Origin: Methanomassiliicoccaceae archaeon
GTDB lineage: Archaea; Thermoplasmatota; Thermoplasmata; Methanomassiliicoccales; Methanomassiliicoccaceae
Length of the DNA stretch: 64,000 nucleotides
NCBI GenBank assembly: GCA_963728405.1
Contig: CAVSJV010000005.1
Location: forward strand, 416,001-480,000
Reading direction: 5' to 3'
Shown here: piece by piece, positions 30,674 to 42,079 of the stretch
Layout: every line of letters begins with the position of its first letter
How positions within the stretch are numbered: position 1 is the first letter of the stretch
Position numbers and translations under genes: made by a program
Notes under the pieces: generated by a model
What the model saw: the letters and a program-made list of their open reading frames with translations, nothing else
What the model was told of the DNA's origin: nothing
The model's database searches: none

Positions 30674-31839
30674 GAGAGGTAGCGATCATCGGGATCGGGG
30701 ACACCAAGTTCGGAGAACTGTGGGACCTGTCGTTCCGCGAGATAGGGATCCAGGCCGGCCTGGCGGCGGTGTACGACGCCAATCTTTCGGGCGAGGAGAT
30801 CGACGCCCTGTACGTCGGCAACATGTCGGCGGGCAAGTTCATCGAGCAGGAGCACATCGGTGCCCTCATCGCCGATTACTCCGGCCTCGCCCGCGACCAC
30901 ATCCCAGCCACCCGGATCGAGGCCGCTGGCGCGTCCGGCGGACTGGCGTTCCGGGAGGGCTATACGGCGGTGGCGTCCGGCATGCACGATATCGTGGTGG
31001 TGGGTGGAGCGGAGAAGATGACCGACGTCGGCGACATGCTCTCCACCGAGATCCAGGCGACCGCCGCAGACCAGCAGTGGGAGACGATGTTCGGGGCCAC
31101 CTTCCCGGCGTTGCACGCCTTGATCGCCCGCCGGCACATGTTCGAGTATGGGACGACCCGCGAGCAGCTGGGGTCGGTCGCGGTCAAGAACCATAAGCAT
31201 GGCGCCTTGAACCCCAAGGCCCAGTTCCAGAAGGAGATCAAGCTCGACACGGTGCTGAAGGCCTCGCCGGTGGCAGAGCCGTTGGGCATGTTCGATTGCG
31301 CCCCCATCTCGGATGGAGCGGCGGCGGTGGTGCTGTGCTGTATGGAGAAGGCCAAGAAGTATGTTGACACGCCGATCAAGGTGCTCGGTTCCGGGCAAGC
31401 GTCCGATACCCTCGCCCTGGCGCACCGTGAGAGCATCACCCGGTTCGACGCGACGACCGTGGCCGCGCAGCGGGCGTTCCAGCAGGCTGGCCTGACCTCG
31501 GCGGACATCCAGCTGGCCGAGGTTCATGATAATTTTACCATCTCCGAGATCCTGGCCATCGAGGACCTGGGCTTTTTCCCCAAGGGAACGGGCGGCAAGG
31601 CCACCGCGGACGGACAGACCGTCCTCGGGTCCAAGCTGGCCGTGAACACCTCAGGGGGTCTGAAGGCCCGCGGCGACCCGATCGGGGCCACCGGTATCGC
31701 TCAGATCGTGGAGATCGTCACCCAGTTGCGGGGCGAGGCCGGCAAGAGGCAGGTAGCGAACGCCGAGCGGGCGCTTGCTCATAATGTGGGAGGGACCGGC
31801 GCTACTGCCGTCGTCCACCTATTAGGGAGGGTGAACTAG
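30670..31839 (+). CDS. Archaeal acetoacetyl-CoA thiolase homolog with substituted catalytic motifs
   Basis: SCP2-type thiolase fold ([24 protein letters not shown]) located between HMGCS and DUF35. Confidence 0.9.
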   Translation: MREVAIIGIGDTKFGELWDLSFREIGIQAGLAAVYDANLSGEEIDALYVGNMSAGKFIEQEHIGALIADYSGLARDHIPATRIEAAGASGGLAFREGYTAVASGMHDIVVVGGAEKMTDVGDMLSTEIQATAADQQWETMFGATFPALHALIARRHMFEYGTTREQLGSVAVKNHKHGALNPKAQFQKEIKLDTVLKASPVAEPLGMFDCAPISDGAAAVVLCCMEKAKKYVDTPIKVLGSGQASDTLALAHRESITRFDATTVAAQRAFQQAGLTSADIQLAEVHDNFTISEILAIEDLGFFPKGTGGKATADGQTVLGSKLAVNTSGGLKARGDPIGATGIAQIVEIVTQLRGEAGKRQVANAERALAHNVGGTGATAVVHLLGRVN

Positions 31840-32243
31840 ATGACCGTCGCTCGCTTTTGGAGAGAGAACGAATCGCGATACAACTCTGATCGGGGCCAAG
31901 TGCGGCCATTGCGGCCGCCTGTACTTCCCGCCGAGGACGGTATGCCCGGTATGCCACCGTAAAAGCATCGGGAAGATGGAGCCGTTCAAGCTCAAGGGGA
32001 ACGGCGAGGTTTTCTCGTACTCGATAGTCCACGACGCGCCCTCGCAGTTCGAGCTGCAGAAGCCATATGTGATCACCATCGTCCAGCTGGAAGAGGGAAT
32101 CCGCCTTACCGGCCAGTTGATCGACTGCGAACCGGCTGAGCTGCGGGTGGGGATGAAGGTCCACACCACCATTGCGGAAGCTGGGCGAGGAAGGTCCGTC
32201 GGGCATCATTCACTATGGATACAAGTTCGTGCCCGACAAGTAG
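31840..32243 (+). CDS. DUF35 Zn-ribbon/OB-fold scaffold protein; two +1 frameshifts (near 31884 and 32172)
   Basis: MTVARFWRENESRYN/LIGAKCGHCG..FPPRTVCPVC...GQLID.../RKLGEEGPSGIIHYGYKF; span is 404 nt = 402 + 2. Confidence 0.88.
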
Positions 32244-32298
32244 TCCCAACATTTTCTTCCCCTCATCGCCTGGACGGCGGTGGAGGCCGTTCCTCTTT

Positions 32299-35200
32299 TT
32301 ATATGACCGGCTCGAGCACGGTGATGAACGGCCGGGGGATGAACAGCGCGCGGTAGCTCAAGGTCAAACGCTCTTTCTTGACCACATCGTCCGGCAGATG
32401 GATGCCGCGGTGTGGCCACAGGACCATTCCTGTCCTCTCCGTCGTCCAGCCTGATCTGCATGGCCGGGGACGAGCCGTGGTTGAACAGCTGCGAAGAACG
32501 GATCTCCAGCTGGGGCAGGTAGGGGGCGGTCGCCTTCTCTGCCGCGCTCACCGCCTCCTTGAGCCGATGCACCGCCGCGGGGACATCATGGGAGCGCAGT
32601 GCCTGACGAAAGAGGTCGCGATGGTGGCGGGCATCAAGTCCCAGGCCGGCATCTATGGTCGCCAGCTCGTGGTAGCGGCGGGAGAGCGCCCTCATCTCCT
32701 GGACCTCCGCCATCGATGCGCCGATCACCCGCTCCGCGTCCCGAGCGAGACCGACGGCCTGTTCCAGCTTCTCCTCCGCCAGCGAACGTGCGGCCACCGA
32801 GAGCAGCGAGAGCGACAGGCTTGAATCGGCCCGGGAGCGTTCCACCTTCTCCTTGACCGCAGTCAGGCGGGCCTCGATACCGCGCCTTACCTGGCCGTGC
32901 ACCGCCCCGATGGTCTCGCTCAGATTGTGGATATCGCCCGGCGCGGCCAGGGGGAGGTCCAGAAGGGCCCTGGCCTCGGGCGGGAGATCATCGATCCGAA
33001 GCTCCAGCGAGGGGAACAGGCGAACGAGGTTGATGAGCTCGGCCAGTCCCCGGCGCACTGAGGTCTTCATAGCCCTCTGGTGCAACCTCGACCCCTTGAG
33101 CAAGGCCCAGTCCATGTCCTCATAGCGCCCTTCGGAAAGCGCTTTGCGGGCCGAGTCCATGAGCGCGACGATCTCGGGGTCCAGGCATCGGCGGCCCTCT
33201 CCCGCCAGGAGGCTCTCGCCGATCTTCTCCATCCGCCTCGAACAGCGGTCGTGCCACAGCAGGGCCGCGGCCCCCGAGGCCCGGCATTCCTCGGTAAGGC
33301 CCAGGCACTCCCGGAAAGACCCCTCGGCGTAGGCCTTCTGGGCAGCGGTCATCAACCGTTCGGTCTCCTCCATCACCGTGGAGCCGGGGGGTACACGTAC
33401 CAGGTCCTCGGCCAGCTTGGACAAGGAGGAAGTGCATTGGTCCTTCAGTTCGACGAGGGCCTTCAGGCTGTCCCGGTAGATCTCCAATGCCTTCCGGGCC
33501 TCGGTGTAGCGGTGCTGCTGCATCTTCTGGAGTGAACGCCCCCTTGCACTCGTGCTCGATCTGGGCGAGATCCTCTCCCTTCAGGTCGGCGACGTTCAGT
33601 TCCGTCTCTGTTCTGGACAGGTCGGTGCTCATCTGCCCGTCGGCCACTGTCCTCGCACTCTGCAAGGCCCGCCGGGCCATCTCCACTACCAGGTTATAGC
33701 GGCTGGAGGAACGGTACCTGGACGCTTGGCCGAAGACCTCTTGCGCTTCCGCGACGTCGATGCCCAAGCTATCGATCTCCCGCAACGCGTCCTCCACTCG
33801 GGCCAACTCCTTCCCCACGGTAGAGCGGAGGGCTAGCAACTGCCCCGCCTCGCTCTTGGCGAATCGGATGGCCCGCAACGCGTCCGAGTAACGCTTATCG
33901 GCCAGCAGGCTCTCCGCCTTCTCGATGATGGCCATGGCCGAGGACTCGTTGTTGTCCGCCCCGCCCTCAAGCATCATGGCCTTGGTCATCGCTATCTCGG
34001 CCGCGATCCTCTCGGTGACGACTTCCACCATCCTCTTCCGGGTGTCCTTGGCCAGGGTCAGGGCTGCCGGGTACTCCCCTTTCTTGATGAAGGCATCGGC
34101 CTGGTGGACCGCCCCCTCGACCCGGTCGGTTCCCAGACCTAGCTGCTGGATCACCGGTATCAGTTCCTTGGCCTCCTGGACCTTGCGGGGAGCAAGGATC
34201 TCCGCTCCAACTACCTCCGCCTCCAGATAGCAATTGCGAGCCGAGGTCCTGGCCCCGTCGTACCGACCTGCCTCGAACAATATCTTGGTCTCATGGAGCA
34301 GCTGGGGCACCTTGCTTTCCGGCGGGAGCCTAAGCTCCACGGTCAGGCGGGACAGAATGACGATCAGGTCGTAGACCTCGTTGTGCAGGGCGATGGTCTT
34401 TTCCATCTCCTTCTCCGCCTCATTCAGGAGGTTGAAACATCCCTCCATGTCCTCGGTCACTAGGGCCTTGGAGGCCTCCTCGGCCATGCGATCGATGTTG
34501 GCCGTGGTCACGCCGTTCTTGCGGGCCGCGCCCGATGAGCGCATTAGCTGGGACAGGGACCGGGTCAGCTCATCCTTTATCAGGGAGCGGGCGTAGAGGA
34601 TGACATTGTTGATGGAGTGGATCGATGTGGCAAAGCTCTCCTTGCCGCCCTCGATGTCGGCCATCTTCTGATTGAGGGTCTGGGACTCAATACCCAGCTG
34701 GCGGCCGATCTCCAGGAGGGCGCTGGCATGGATGGTAAGTTTGTCCAGCGCGGCCTTCTGGACCTTCTCCGCCTCGTCGATGATATCCTCGGCCAGAGCA
34801 TAGGCGCGGTACCAGTGGTCCTGCTCCAGCAGTGCCTTGGCTTCTTCGTACCTCGTCCGGAGGGCGGTCAGCTCGCTCAGTCCGTAAGACGGTCCGGTCA
34901 GCCGTCCGGCCTCTTCGACCAGCTCCCCTGCCGTCTCCTCGATGCTGGTCTCCAGGGCCTGATTGATCTCGGCCAGGCGCTGGCCGATGTCCTCGATGGA
35001 CCCTTCCATGAGCTCCTTGGTCAAGGCCTCTATCTCTTCGGCGTCCTCGTCGACGTCGGCCCCAACGGACCAGCCAACGGTCACCAGCAGCTCGCCTTTC
35101 AGCAGGTCCTGGGCCATGAGATTCTGGACCTTCTTGAGCAGAAGGGCACGGGCGGCGGACAGTCCTTCCACGCTTTCCCTCAGCCGTCCGCCTAGGGCGC

Positions 35201-36509
35201 TCTGGCGGGACCGGGTGACGATCCCGCTCGCTTCGCTGGAGATGATCCTCATTCGGCGGGCCTGCAGGAACACCTCCCGGGTCAGTTCCAGCTCCTTGCC
35301 CAGTTCCCGGTACTCGGCCAGGCTGTCGTCCAGCTCGGCAGACGCCTCGCTGACCAGCTCGAGTGCCTCCTTGCCGCGTCCGTAGACCGTGGTCATCCGG
35401 GCCTCTTCCAATTTGGAGACCACGTTGCTGATGTCGGCGTTGATCTTCTTGGCGAGCACTAGGCGAGGGCGGAGCTTCTCGATGTCCTCGAGCACCAGCT
35501 CGACCTCGCCGTCCCGCAGCGCCTTCTCCGCCCTTCGCAGCCATTCCAGTGAATCCTCGCCGTCCCCCGAGGCCACGGCGTCCTCGGCCTTGCGGCTGGC
35601 GGTGACGAAGCGGGTGATGTTCCTCCCCCTGGTCCGGAGCCAGTTGGACCGTTCCTCCTGGGCTGCCAGTTTGATCTCGACCGCCCGGCTAAGGATGGGA
35701 ACGATGGCCTTCTCGGCGCTGGTCATGATCTCGAACGATTCCTCGATCCTACCTTCCGCGAGAGCTCCCCGAGCATTGATCACATGGGCGGTCACGGACG
35801 AAACGTCCCCGCCCACCCCAGAGGCCTCTTCGGCCATCTCCAGGATGGCCGCGGCCCGCTCTTCCAGGACCTTGGAGAACGAATCTTGCAGCCCCTTGAA
35901 GCAGGAGCCAAGCTTGGCCAGAGATGACTCTCGATCTCCCTCCTCATGGAGCTTGATGGCCCGGGCCAGGATCTGCTTCTTGGCCGAAACGGCGAGCTTC
36001 TTCTCCTCGGCCAGATCGATCAGTTTCTGGACCTGGCCTAGCATGACGCTCATTCTTCGATCGGCATACTGCTCAGCGGCCTCTCTGGCCTTCCTGGCCT
36101 CGACCATGGCCTCCTGGGGCCTTGCTTCGGCCAAGAGGTTCCTCGAGCCGTTGACCAGGTCCTCCACCACCTGGCGGTCCTTGCCCACCTCGGCGATCAT
36201 GGCCAGTACCTCAAGTGCCGATTGCAGGACCTCATCGACCTTCTCGCTCTGAAGGCGGAGCACTTCCTCCAGGACCTTCGACGCGGCGGCCAGGGCGGCG
36301 GAATATTCCCGCTTGCCGTAGGCGGTCCGTCCTTCTGCCAGAACGATCTGGAGCCCATGGGTCTCGATCTCCATGGATCTGGCGGTAGTGAGGGAGCCCT
36401 CGGCCTCGGCCAGCTTATCCTCCGCTGCCTTACGGTGCTTAGCCGCTTCCCTGGCCTTCTGCTCTAGCTGCTTAGTGAGCTGGAGCTGCTTGAGATAATC
36501 GCTGGTCAC
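32299..36509 (-). CDS. Giant (~1400 aa) alpha-helical repeat protein; frameshifts near 33532 and 32410
   Basis: ORFs 33120-36509 and 32213-33523 plus a terminal frame ending TAA at 32299; recurring helical-hairpin units. Confidence 0.75.
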
Positions 36510-36608
36510 TCTAGGTCCCCGGTCGCCCTTCTCCCTCCGCCCTGAGCGGAGGATTAAGACGGATAAGCTGGCACTGCCTTAAGCATTTGGTTCCCAATCT
36601 CTGGCCGC

Positions 36609-37097
36609 TTACTTCTGCAACCCCACGAACGCCACCCGCTCCAGCACAAGGTCTTCGACCATGTCGGCTGGCACGGCCCGGATCTCGTCATGACTTATAC
36701 CGAACCGTAGGGCCTTCTCCACCGAGGCCTCCAGGACGTCATCGTCCCGCTCGAATTGAAGGTCCTCGAGGACCTTCACGGGGTTCTCCACGCCGAAGAG
36801 CACCACGGCCATGCGTTGGGTACCGATCTTGACCCCCATCTTCTTGACCGCCTTGGAGATCTGTCGTTCGCCCGAGGCATAAAGTATGGTCTCCCCGGCG
36901 ATCGATGAGGAGACATTATCCCCTCGTTCAAACGCTCTCGTCGCGTGCATCACCGCCGAAGCGAGGTGGTCCCGGCCGCATATCATATCTGCATCCATCG
37001 CTAGACCCTCGCCTCCGTCCACATGCTGGAGGGACCGGACCAACACCTCGGTGTCAGATATCTCGCCCCTAACACCTAGAACATCGATCTTGACCAT
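36609..37097 (-). CDS. cgi121: KEOPS complex subunit Cgi121
   Basis: DADMICGRDHLASAVMHATRAF, ETILYASGERQISKA, LVLERVA. Confidence 0.88.
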   Translation of the reverse strand: MVKIDVLGVRGEISDTEVLVRSLQHVDGGEGLAMDADMICGRDHLASAVMHATRAFERGDNVSSSIAGETILYASGERQISKAVKKMGVKIGTQRMAVVLFGVENPVKVLEDLQFERDDDVLEASVEKALRFGISHDEIRAVPADMVEDLVLERVAFVGLQK

Positions 37098-37287
37098 GCT
37101 GGACGGCAAACTGCGCCTGGGCATATGATGGTTTCGGCCGCTTGCCCGGTGAGGCCTCCCCTCTCGCAACCCCCGCTTGGTGGAATGGGGCGACGGCCAA
37201 AGATGGGAGCAAATGTTTATAATTATCGAAGCTCGTTGGCGCGGCCGTCGATATCCAGTAGGATATCTTGAGGACGATGGCATGGTC

Positions 37288-38217
37288 ATGGACAAGGTTG
37301 TGGTGAGGTCCCCGGCGACCCTTTCCAATTTGGGCTCGGGTTTCGACGTCTTCGGTCTCGCTCTGAGGGAACCGTACGACGAGGTAGGAGCAAGGCGCAT
37401 CCCCGAACGGAAGGTCGTGATCGAGAAGATCGAAGGAAGAGGCGCCCCCATCATCACCACCGACCCGGCCCGGAACTCTTCCGGCGTGGCGGCCATGGCC
37501 GTCCTGCAGATGGCCGGGGCCGATTTCGGCGTAGCCCTCACCATTAAGAAAGGCATTCGCCCCTCCTCGGGCATCGGCTCATCGGGCGCTTCGGCCGCAG
37601 GGGGCGCCTGCGCGGCGAACCTGCTGCTGGAGAAGCCGCTGCGACCGGAGGAGCTGGTCTTCTGCGCGGCCAAGGCGGAGCAGACCACCTCGGGGAGCTT
37701 CCATGCTGATAATGTCGGGCCGGCGGTGATGGGCTGTTTCACCATCATCAAGTCTTACGATCCATTCGAGATACTGAGGGTAGATCCGCCAGCCAATCTG
37801 GGCGTAGTGGTCACTATGCCTGATTTCCTGGTCAACACCCGTGAGGCTCGCAAGGTGCTACCGGCCCAGGTGGACCTTAAGAGCATGATCTTCGAGGTCG
37901 GGAACGCATCAGCCCTGGTGTTGGGGATGTGCAAGGGGGATGTCGACCTGGTCGGCCGAAGCATGATGGACATCATCATCGAACCGGCCCGCACGCGTCT
38001 GAACCCGCACCTCAAGGAAGCGGAGGCAGCGGCCATGAAGGCCGGCGCAGCCGGCTCGTTCCTGGGCGGCTCGGGACCGTGCGTGATCGCCATATACGAT
38101 CGCGACAAGGTCGACGGCAATGGCATTGCCGAGGCGGTGGGCAAGGTGTACGAAGGTCATGGGTTCAAGAGCGAAACCTGGGTTACCACCTGGGGCGAAG
38201 GCTGCAGGAGGGTCTGA
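37288..38217 (+). CDS. thrB: Homoserine kinase
   Basis: PATLSNLGSGFD, GIGSSGAS, HADNV, GGSGP. Confidence 0.92.
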   Translation: MDKVVVRSPATLSNLGSGFDVFGLALREPYDEVGARRIPERKVVIEKIEGRGAPIITTDPARNSSGVAAMAVLQMAGADFGVALTIKKGIRPSSGIGSSGASAAGGACAANLLLEKPLRPEELVFCAAKAEQTTSGSFHADNVGPAVMGCFTIIKSYDPFEILRVDPPANLGVVVTMPDFLVNTREARKVLPAQVDLKSMIFEVGNASALVLGMCKGDVDLVGRSMMDIIIEPARTRLNPHLKEAEAAAMKAGAAGSFLGGSGPCVIAIYDRDKVDGNGIAEAVGKVYEGHGFKSETWVTTWGEGCRRV

Positions 38218-38218
38218 A

Positions 38219-39430
38219 ATGCATAAGGTGAAGTGTTTCGAGTGCGGGAAGGACGTCACGGACCCATTCCTTGATGCCTGCCCGTACTGCGACGGGTTGT
38301 TGACCATCGAGATGGACCTGGACGCGGCCTCCGGCCTCCGACCCTACGACCTGAGGAAGCGGCCAATCGGGGTGTGGCGCTACGCTCCCTTCCTGCCGGT
38401 CGACGAGACCCGGGCCGTCAGCCTGCTGGAGGGCGGCACCCCCCTTTACGACTGTAAGAACCTGGGCAAGCAAGTGGGGGTCAAGCGGCTCCATGTAAAG
38501 TACGAGGGAGCGAACCCCACCGGCTCGTTCAAGGACCGCGGCATGACCGTCGGTGTCTCGAGAGCCCTGGAGCTGGGTTGCAAGACCGTAGGATGCGCTT
38601 CCACAGGGAACACCTCCGCTTCGCTGGCGGCCTACGCGGCCAAGGCCGGTCTGCGCGCGGTGGTCCTCCTGCCGTCAGGAAAGGTCGCCGCCGGCAAGTT
38701 GGCCCAGGCGATGTTCTACGGCGCCAAGGTGGTGATGGTGGACGGCAACTTCGACGAGGCGTTGGCAGTGGTCAAGCAGCTCGCCCGCCAGGGAGAGCTG
38801 TACCTGCTCAACAGCGTGAACCCGTACCGCCCGGAGGGGCAGAAGACCGTGGCGTTCGAGATACTCGACCAGCTGGACTTCGACATCCCCGACCGCATCA
38901 TCTTGCCAGTGGGGAACGCCGCCAACATCTGGGCGGTGTACAAGGCGTTCAAGGAGTGGCAGGCCTTGGGGTGGATAGACAGGATCCCCATGCTCACCGG
39001 CATCCAGGCCGCCGGCTCTGCCCCCATCGTGAGGGCGTTCGAGGCCGGCAAGAGGGACTTCATTCCGGAGGAGCACCCTGAGACCGTGGCCACGGCTATA
39101 CGTATCGGCAATCCGGCCAGCGGCAAGAAGGCGTTGCAGGCCATCTATGACACCAGAGGCTTCGCTACGTCGGTCACCGATGATGAGATCATCGTGGCGC
39201 AAAAGTTGCTCGGGCGGAGCGAAGGGGTCGGCGTGGAGCCGGCGTCGGCGGCATCGATCGCCGGGTTGATCAAGCTCGTGCACGAGGGTGTGGTCTCCAA
39301 GGACGAACGCGTGGTGTGCATCTGCACCGGCAACGTGCTCAAGGACCCTGACACGGTGATGAAGTCGTGCGCCGAGATACTGAAGGCGAAGCCGACCGCC
39401 GCGGACGTCAAGCGGGTCATCGCCGACTGA
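38219..39430 (+). CDS. thrC: Threonine synthase
   Basis: NPTGSFKDRG, ASTGNT, PVGNA, EPASA. Confidence 0.95.
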   Translation: MHKVKCFECGKDVTDPFLDACPYCDGLLTIEMDLDAASGLRPYDLRKRPIGVWRYAPFLPVDETRAVSLLEGGTPLYDCKNLGKQVGVKRLHVKYEGANPTGSFKDRGMTVGVSRALELGCKTVGCASTGNTSASLAAYAAKAGLRAVVLLPSGKVAAGKLAQAMFYGAKVVMVDGNFDEALAVVKQLARQGELYLLNSVNPYRPEGQKTVAFEILDQLDFDIPDRIILPVGNAANIWAVYKAFKEWQALGWIDRIPMLTGIQAAGSAPIVRAFEAGKRDFIPEEHPETVATAIRIGNPASGKKALQAIYDTRGFATSVTDDEIIVAQKLLGRSEGVGVEPASAASIAGLIKLVHEGVVSKDERVVCICTGNVLKDPDTVMKSCAEILKAKPTAADVKRVIAD

Positions 39431-39496
39431 GCCGGACAAACCCTTTACTCCCTTGATTTAAGGGCATATCTGGCTTTAGCCGACTGCCGGCGATCC

Positions 39497-41719
39497 TTAG
39501 AAATCGAACAGGCTCTTCTGCTTTACGTCTCTAGGTTCTTCCTTCTTGATCTCCAGCACGACCTCCTTGGCCGCTTCCTCCGCTGGTCTGTCCGACCTTC
39601 TGGCCAGTTTGCCGGAGGTCACCTGCTCCTTGAGGCCCTTGGCCATGGCGTCGCCGATCTTGGGGATGCGGGCCAAGCGGACGATGTCGACATCCCTTAA
39701 CTGGTCGACGTTCCGCACTCCATGGTTGTACAGCGAACGAGCTCTCGCTCTACCAACGCCTCGAAGCCGCACCAGGTCGAGGAGTTCCGGTTTGACCCCG
39801 TAGCGGATGCGGATCATCAGCTCGGTGAGCATGGGGTAGGCGTCCTTGTTGAAGATGTTGGCCAGCTCGCGCATCGAGTAGATGAGCCACTCCCCCACGT
39901 CCACCTTGCTGCGCAGGTCCCCTGGGCCCAGGCCGTACTTCAAGAGGAGCGCGTCCTCCTCCATCTCCTGTACCCAGTCGTCCAAGGCGCAGGCGGTCTT
40001 CAGCTCGGCCAGGTAGAACTCGTACTCGTCGAGGTCCTCGGGCGGCTTTATCAGCATGTCCTCTTCCCTAGTAAGGAGCAGTTGCTCGACCCACTCGTAG
40101 TCGGACCGCTTGAGGTACATGGTCATCATGTCCGGCGACGAGCAGATCGCGTGCAACAGTCCGAAGTACGAGGAGGTGGGCTTGAACTCCTTCAGTGCGT
40201 CCCGCAGCTTCACGGCGGTCAGGGGGTCGATGTACAGATCGGAGACCCTGCGACCAAAGAAGGTAGGTTGGATGCGCTTGTCCTCGGTGCGGACCATTCC
40301 CTCCTTCTCCAAGAACTCGAGGACATTATCGGACGCCTCCTCCAGCCCGATCATGGTGGTCTGATGGGCGAAGAAGGTCGAGTTCATGAAATCCATCAGG
40401 GAGTCGCGGGACGAGGCGGTACCGGTGGCGAAGGTTGCCAGGACATGGGCGCGGAGCACCGGCTCGCTGCCCAGCTTGGAGTAGATGTCCTCCGAGTCGT
40501 TGAGCAGGTAGTTGTCCATCAGGAAGCGCATCCCGTCCTCATCCTTGGCCAGGAGGATCGCTTCCCCGTAGGGGTCGTAGCGCGGACGGCCGGCCCGGCC
40601 GCACATCTGCTTGATCTCCAGCACCGGGATGGCGACCTTGCCACCGTCCTCGAAGCGGTCCACGTCCCGGATGATGACCCGCCGGGCCGGGAGGTTGATG
40701 CCCGCCGCGAGGGTTGGGGTCGCTACGATGCATTTTATATTCCCTTTCTTGAAGTTCGACTCGACGAACCGGCGCTGCTCGTTGCTGAGGCCGGCGTTAT
40801 GGAATGCGATGCCCTTGCGAACGCAGGCCGAGAGCCGCTTACCGATGGAGGTAGGTTCTCCCTGGTCCTCGATGATCTTCTCGTCCCCTTCCAGCTGCTT
40901 CTCGACCATCACTTCCTTCATCAGGGGGGCGAACTTGGTGGCGAGCGTCTCGGTGGACTTGCGGGTGTTGACGAAGATGAGGCACTGCCCCCCTTCGAGG
41001 ATGGAATCCTTGACCAAGGCCCACACCGGGTCCTTGCCAGGAGGGACCTTGCGTTTGGTATTATCGGTGAAGTTCACAGTGCCGTCGAGATACACGCCCT
41101 CCTTGAGCGGCGTGGGCCTCCAGGTCGAGGAGACGTGCTCGGCGTTCAGCCAGTCTGCGACCTCCTTGGAGTTCTTGATGGTCGCCGATAGTGCGATAAT
41201 CTGCAGGTCCGGGTTGAACTTGCGGAACTTGGTGAGGATGATCTCCAGGGTCGGCCCCCGCCCGGGGTCGTGGATGAGGTGGACCTCGTCGGCGATGACC
41301 AGAGTGATATGGCTGAGCCAATGGCCCTGATGCCTCAGCAGAGAGTCCGCCTTCTCGGACGTGGCCACAATGATGTCGAAGTTCTCGAGCTGAGGATCGG
41401 GCGAATCGAGGTCCCCTGAGGACATATCGACCTTCACGCCCAGCTTCTCGAACCGCTTGAGGTCGTCGTACTTTTCGGACGCCAGCGCCCTCAACGGCAC
41501 GATGTACAGGACCTTCCCGCCCCGCTCCAGGACATGTTTGAGCGCTGCAAGATATGCGACCAGGCTCTTGCCAGAGGCGGTCGGTATGGCTAGCATGAGG
41601 TTCTTACCCTCCAATGCGTAAGCGATCGCCTTGGCCTGGGGCGGATACAGCTCGGTGATGCCGTCCTCTTTCAGGACCTCGGCCACGCCCTCCGGAAGAT
41701 CTAGCTCGCTTACCTTCAT
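39497..41719 (-). CDS. hel308: Ski2-like DNA helicase Hel308
   Basis: PTASGKS, DEVH, LSAT, TPTLAAGINLPA, QMCGRAGRP, RARSLY, HhH. Confidence 0.93.
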   Translation of the reverse strand: MKVSELDLPEGVAEVLKEDGITELYPPQAKAIAYALEGKNLMLAIPTASGKSLVAYLAALKHVLERGGKVLYIVPLRALASEKYDDLKRFEKLGVKVDMSSGDLDSPDPQLENFDIIVATSEKADSLLRHQGHWLSHITLVIADEVHLIHDPGRGPTLEIILTKFRKFNPDLQIIALSATIKNSKEVADWLNAEHVSSTWRPTPLKEGVYLDGTVNFTDNTKRKVPPGKDPVWALVKDSILEGGQCLIFVNTRKSTETLATKFAPLMKEVMVEKQLEGDEKIIEDQGEPTSIGKRLSACVRKGIAFHNAGLSNEQRRFVESNFKKGNIKCIVATPTLAAGINLPARRVIIRDVDRFEDGGKVAIPVLEIKQMCGRAGRPRYDPYGEAILLAKDEDGMRFLMDNYLLNDSEDIYSKLGSEPVLRAHVLATFATGTASSRDSLMDFMNSTFFAHQTTMIGLEEASDNVLEFLEKEGMVRTEDKRIQPTFFGRRVSDLYIDPLTAVKLRDALKEFKPTSSYFGLLHAICSSPDMMTMYLKRSDYEWVEQLLLTREEDMLIKPPEDLDEYEFYLAELKTACALDDWVQEMEEDALLLKYGLGPGDLRSKVDVGEWLIYSMRELANIFNKDAYPMLTELMIRIRYGVKPELLDLVRLRGVGRARARSLYNHGVRNVDQLRDVDIVRLARIPKIGDAMAKGLKEQVTSGKLARRSDRPAEEAAKEVVLEIKKEEPRDVKQKSLFDF

Positions 41720-42079
41720 CCCATGATCGCCCTTTCCCTGCCCTGTCGCCTAATGGATGCGAGATAAAGAGACTTTCCATTAGATGCTTCCGGCCGGTCG
41801 GTCGAAAGTGCGACCGCATTCGCCCGCGTATTATGGCGAGAACGAAAGCCTAGGGTCGGAAAAAATCGATACTGCCCCGGTGGCGGGGAAAGCGGGGCCG
41901 CTCACCTCTCCCAGCACTTTTGATTTCTAGAATCGAAGGATGACGTTCGTTTTTCGGACCCCCTCTTCATGAGGGTGGTTCCTACATGCTGGCTCAATCA
42001 CAGATTATTTAAACTCGTGGAAACGCTTAATTAGTGGCACAGGTATGAGTCGATTTAGAATGAGAATAGCAGGTGAATT

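Noticed and set aside
37098-37751. Long N-terminal extension of the cgi121 ORF (380 aa in the track)
   Set aside because: It is the antisense shadow of thrB; Cgi121 similarity begins at about 37097.
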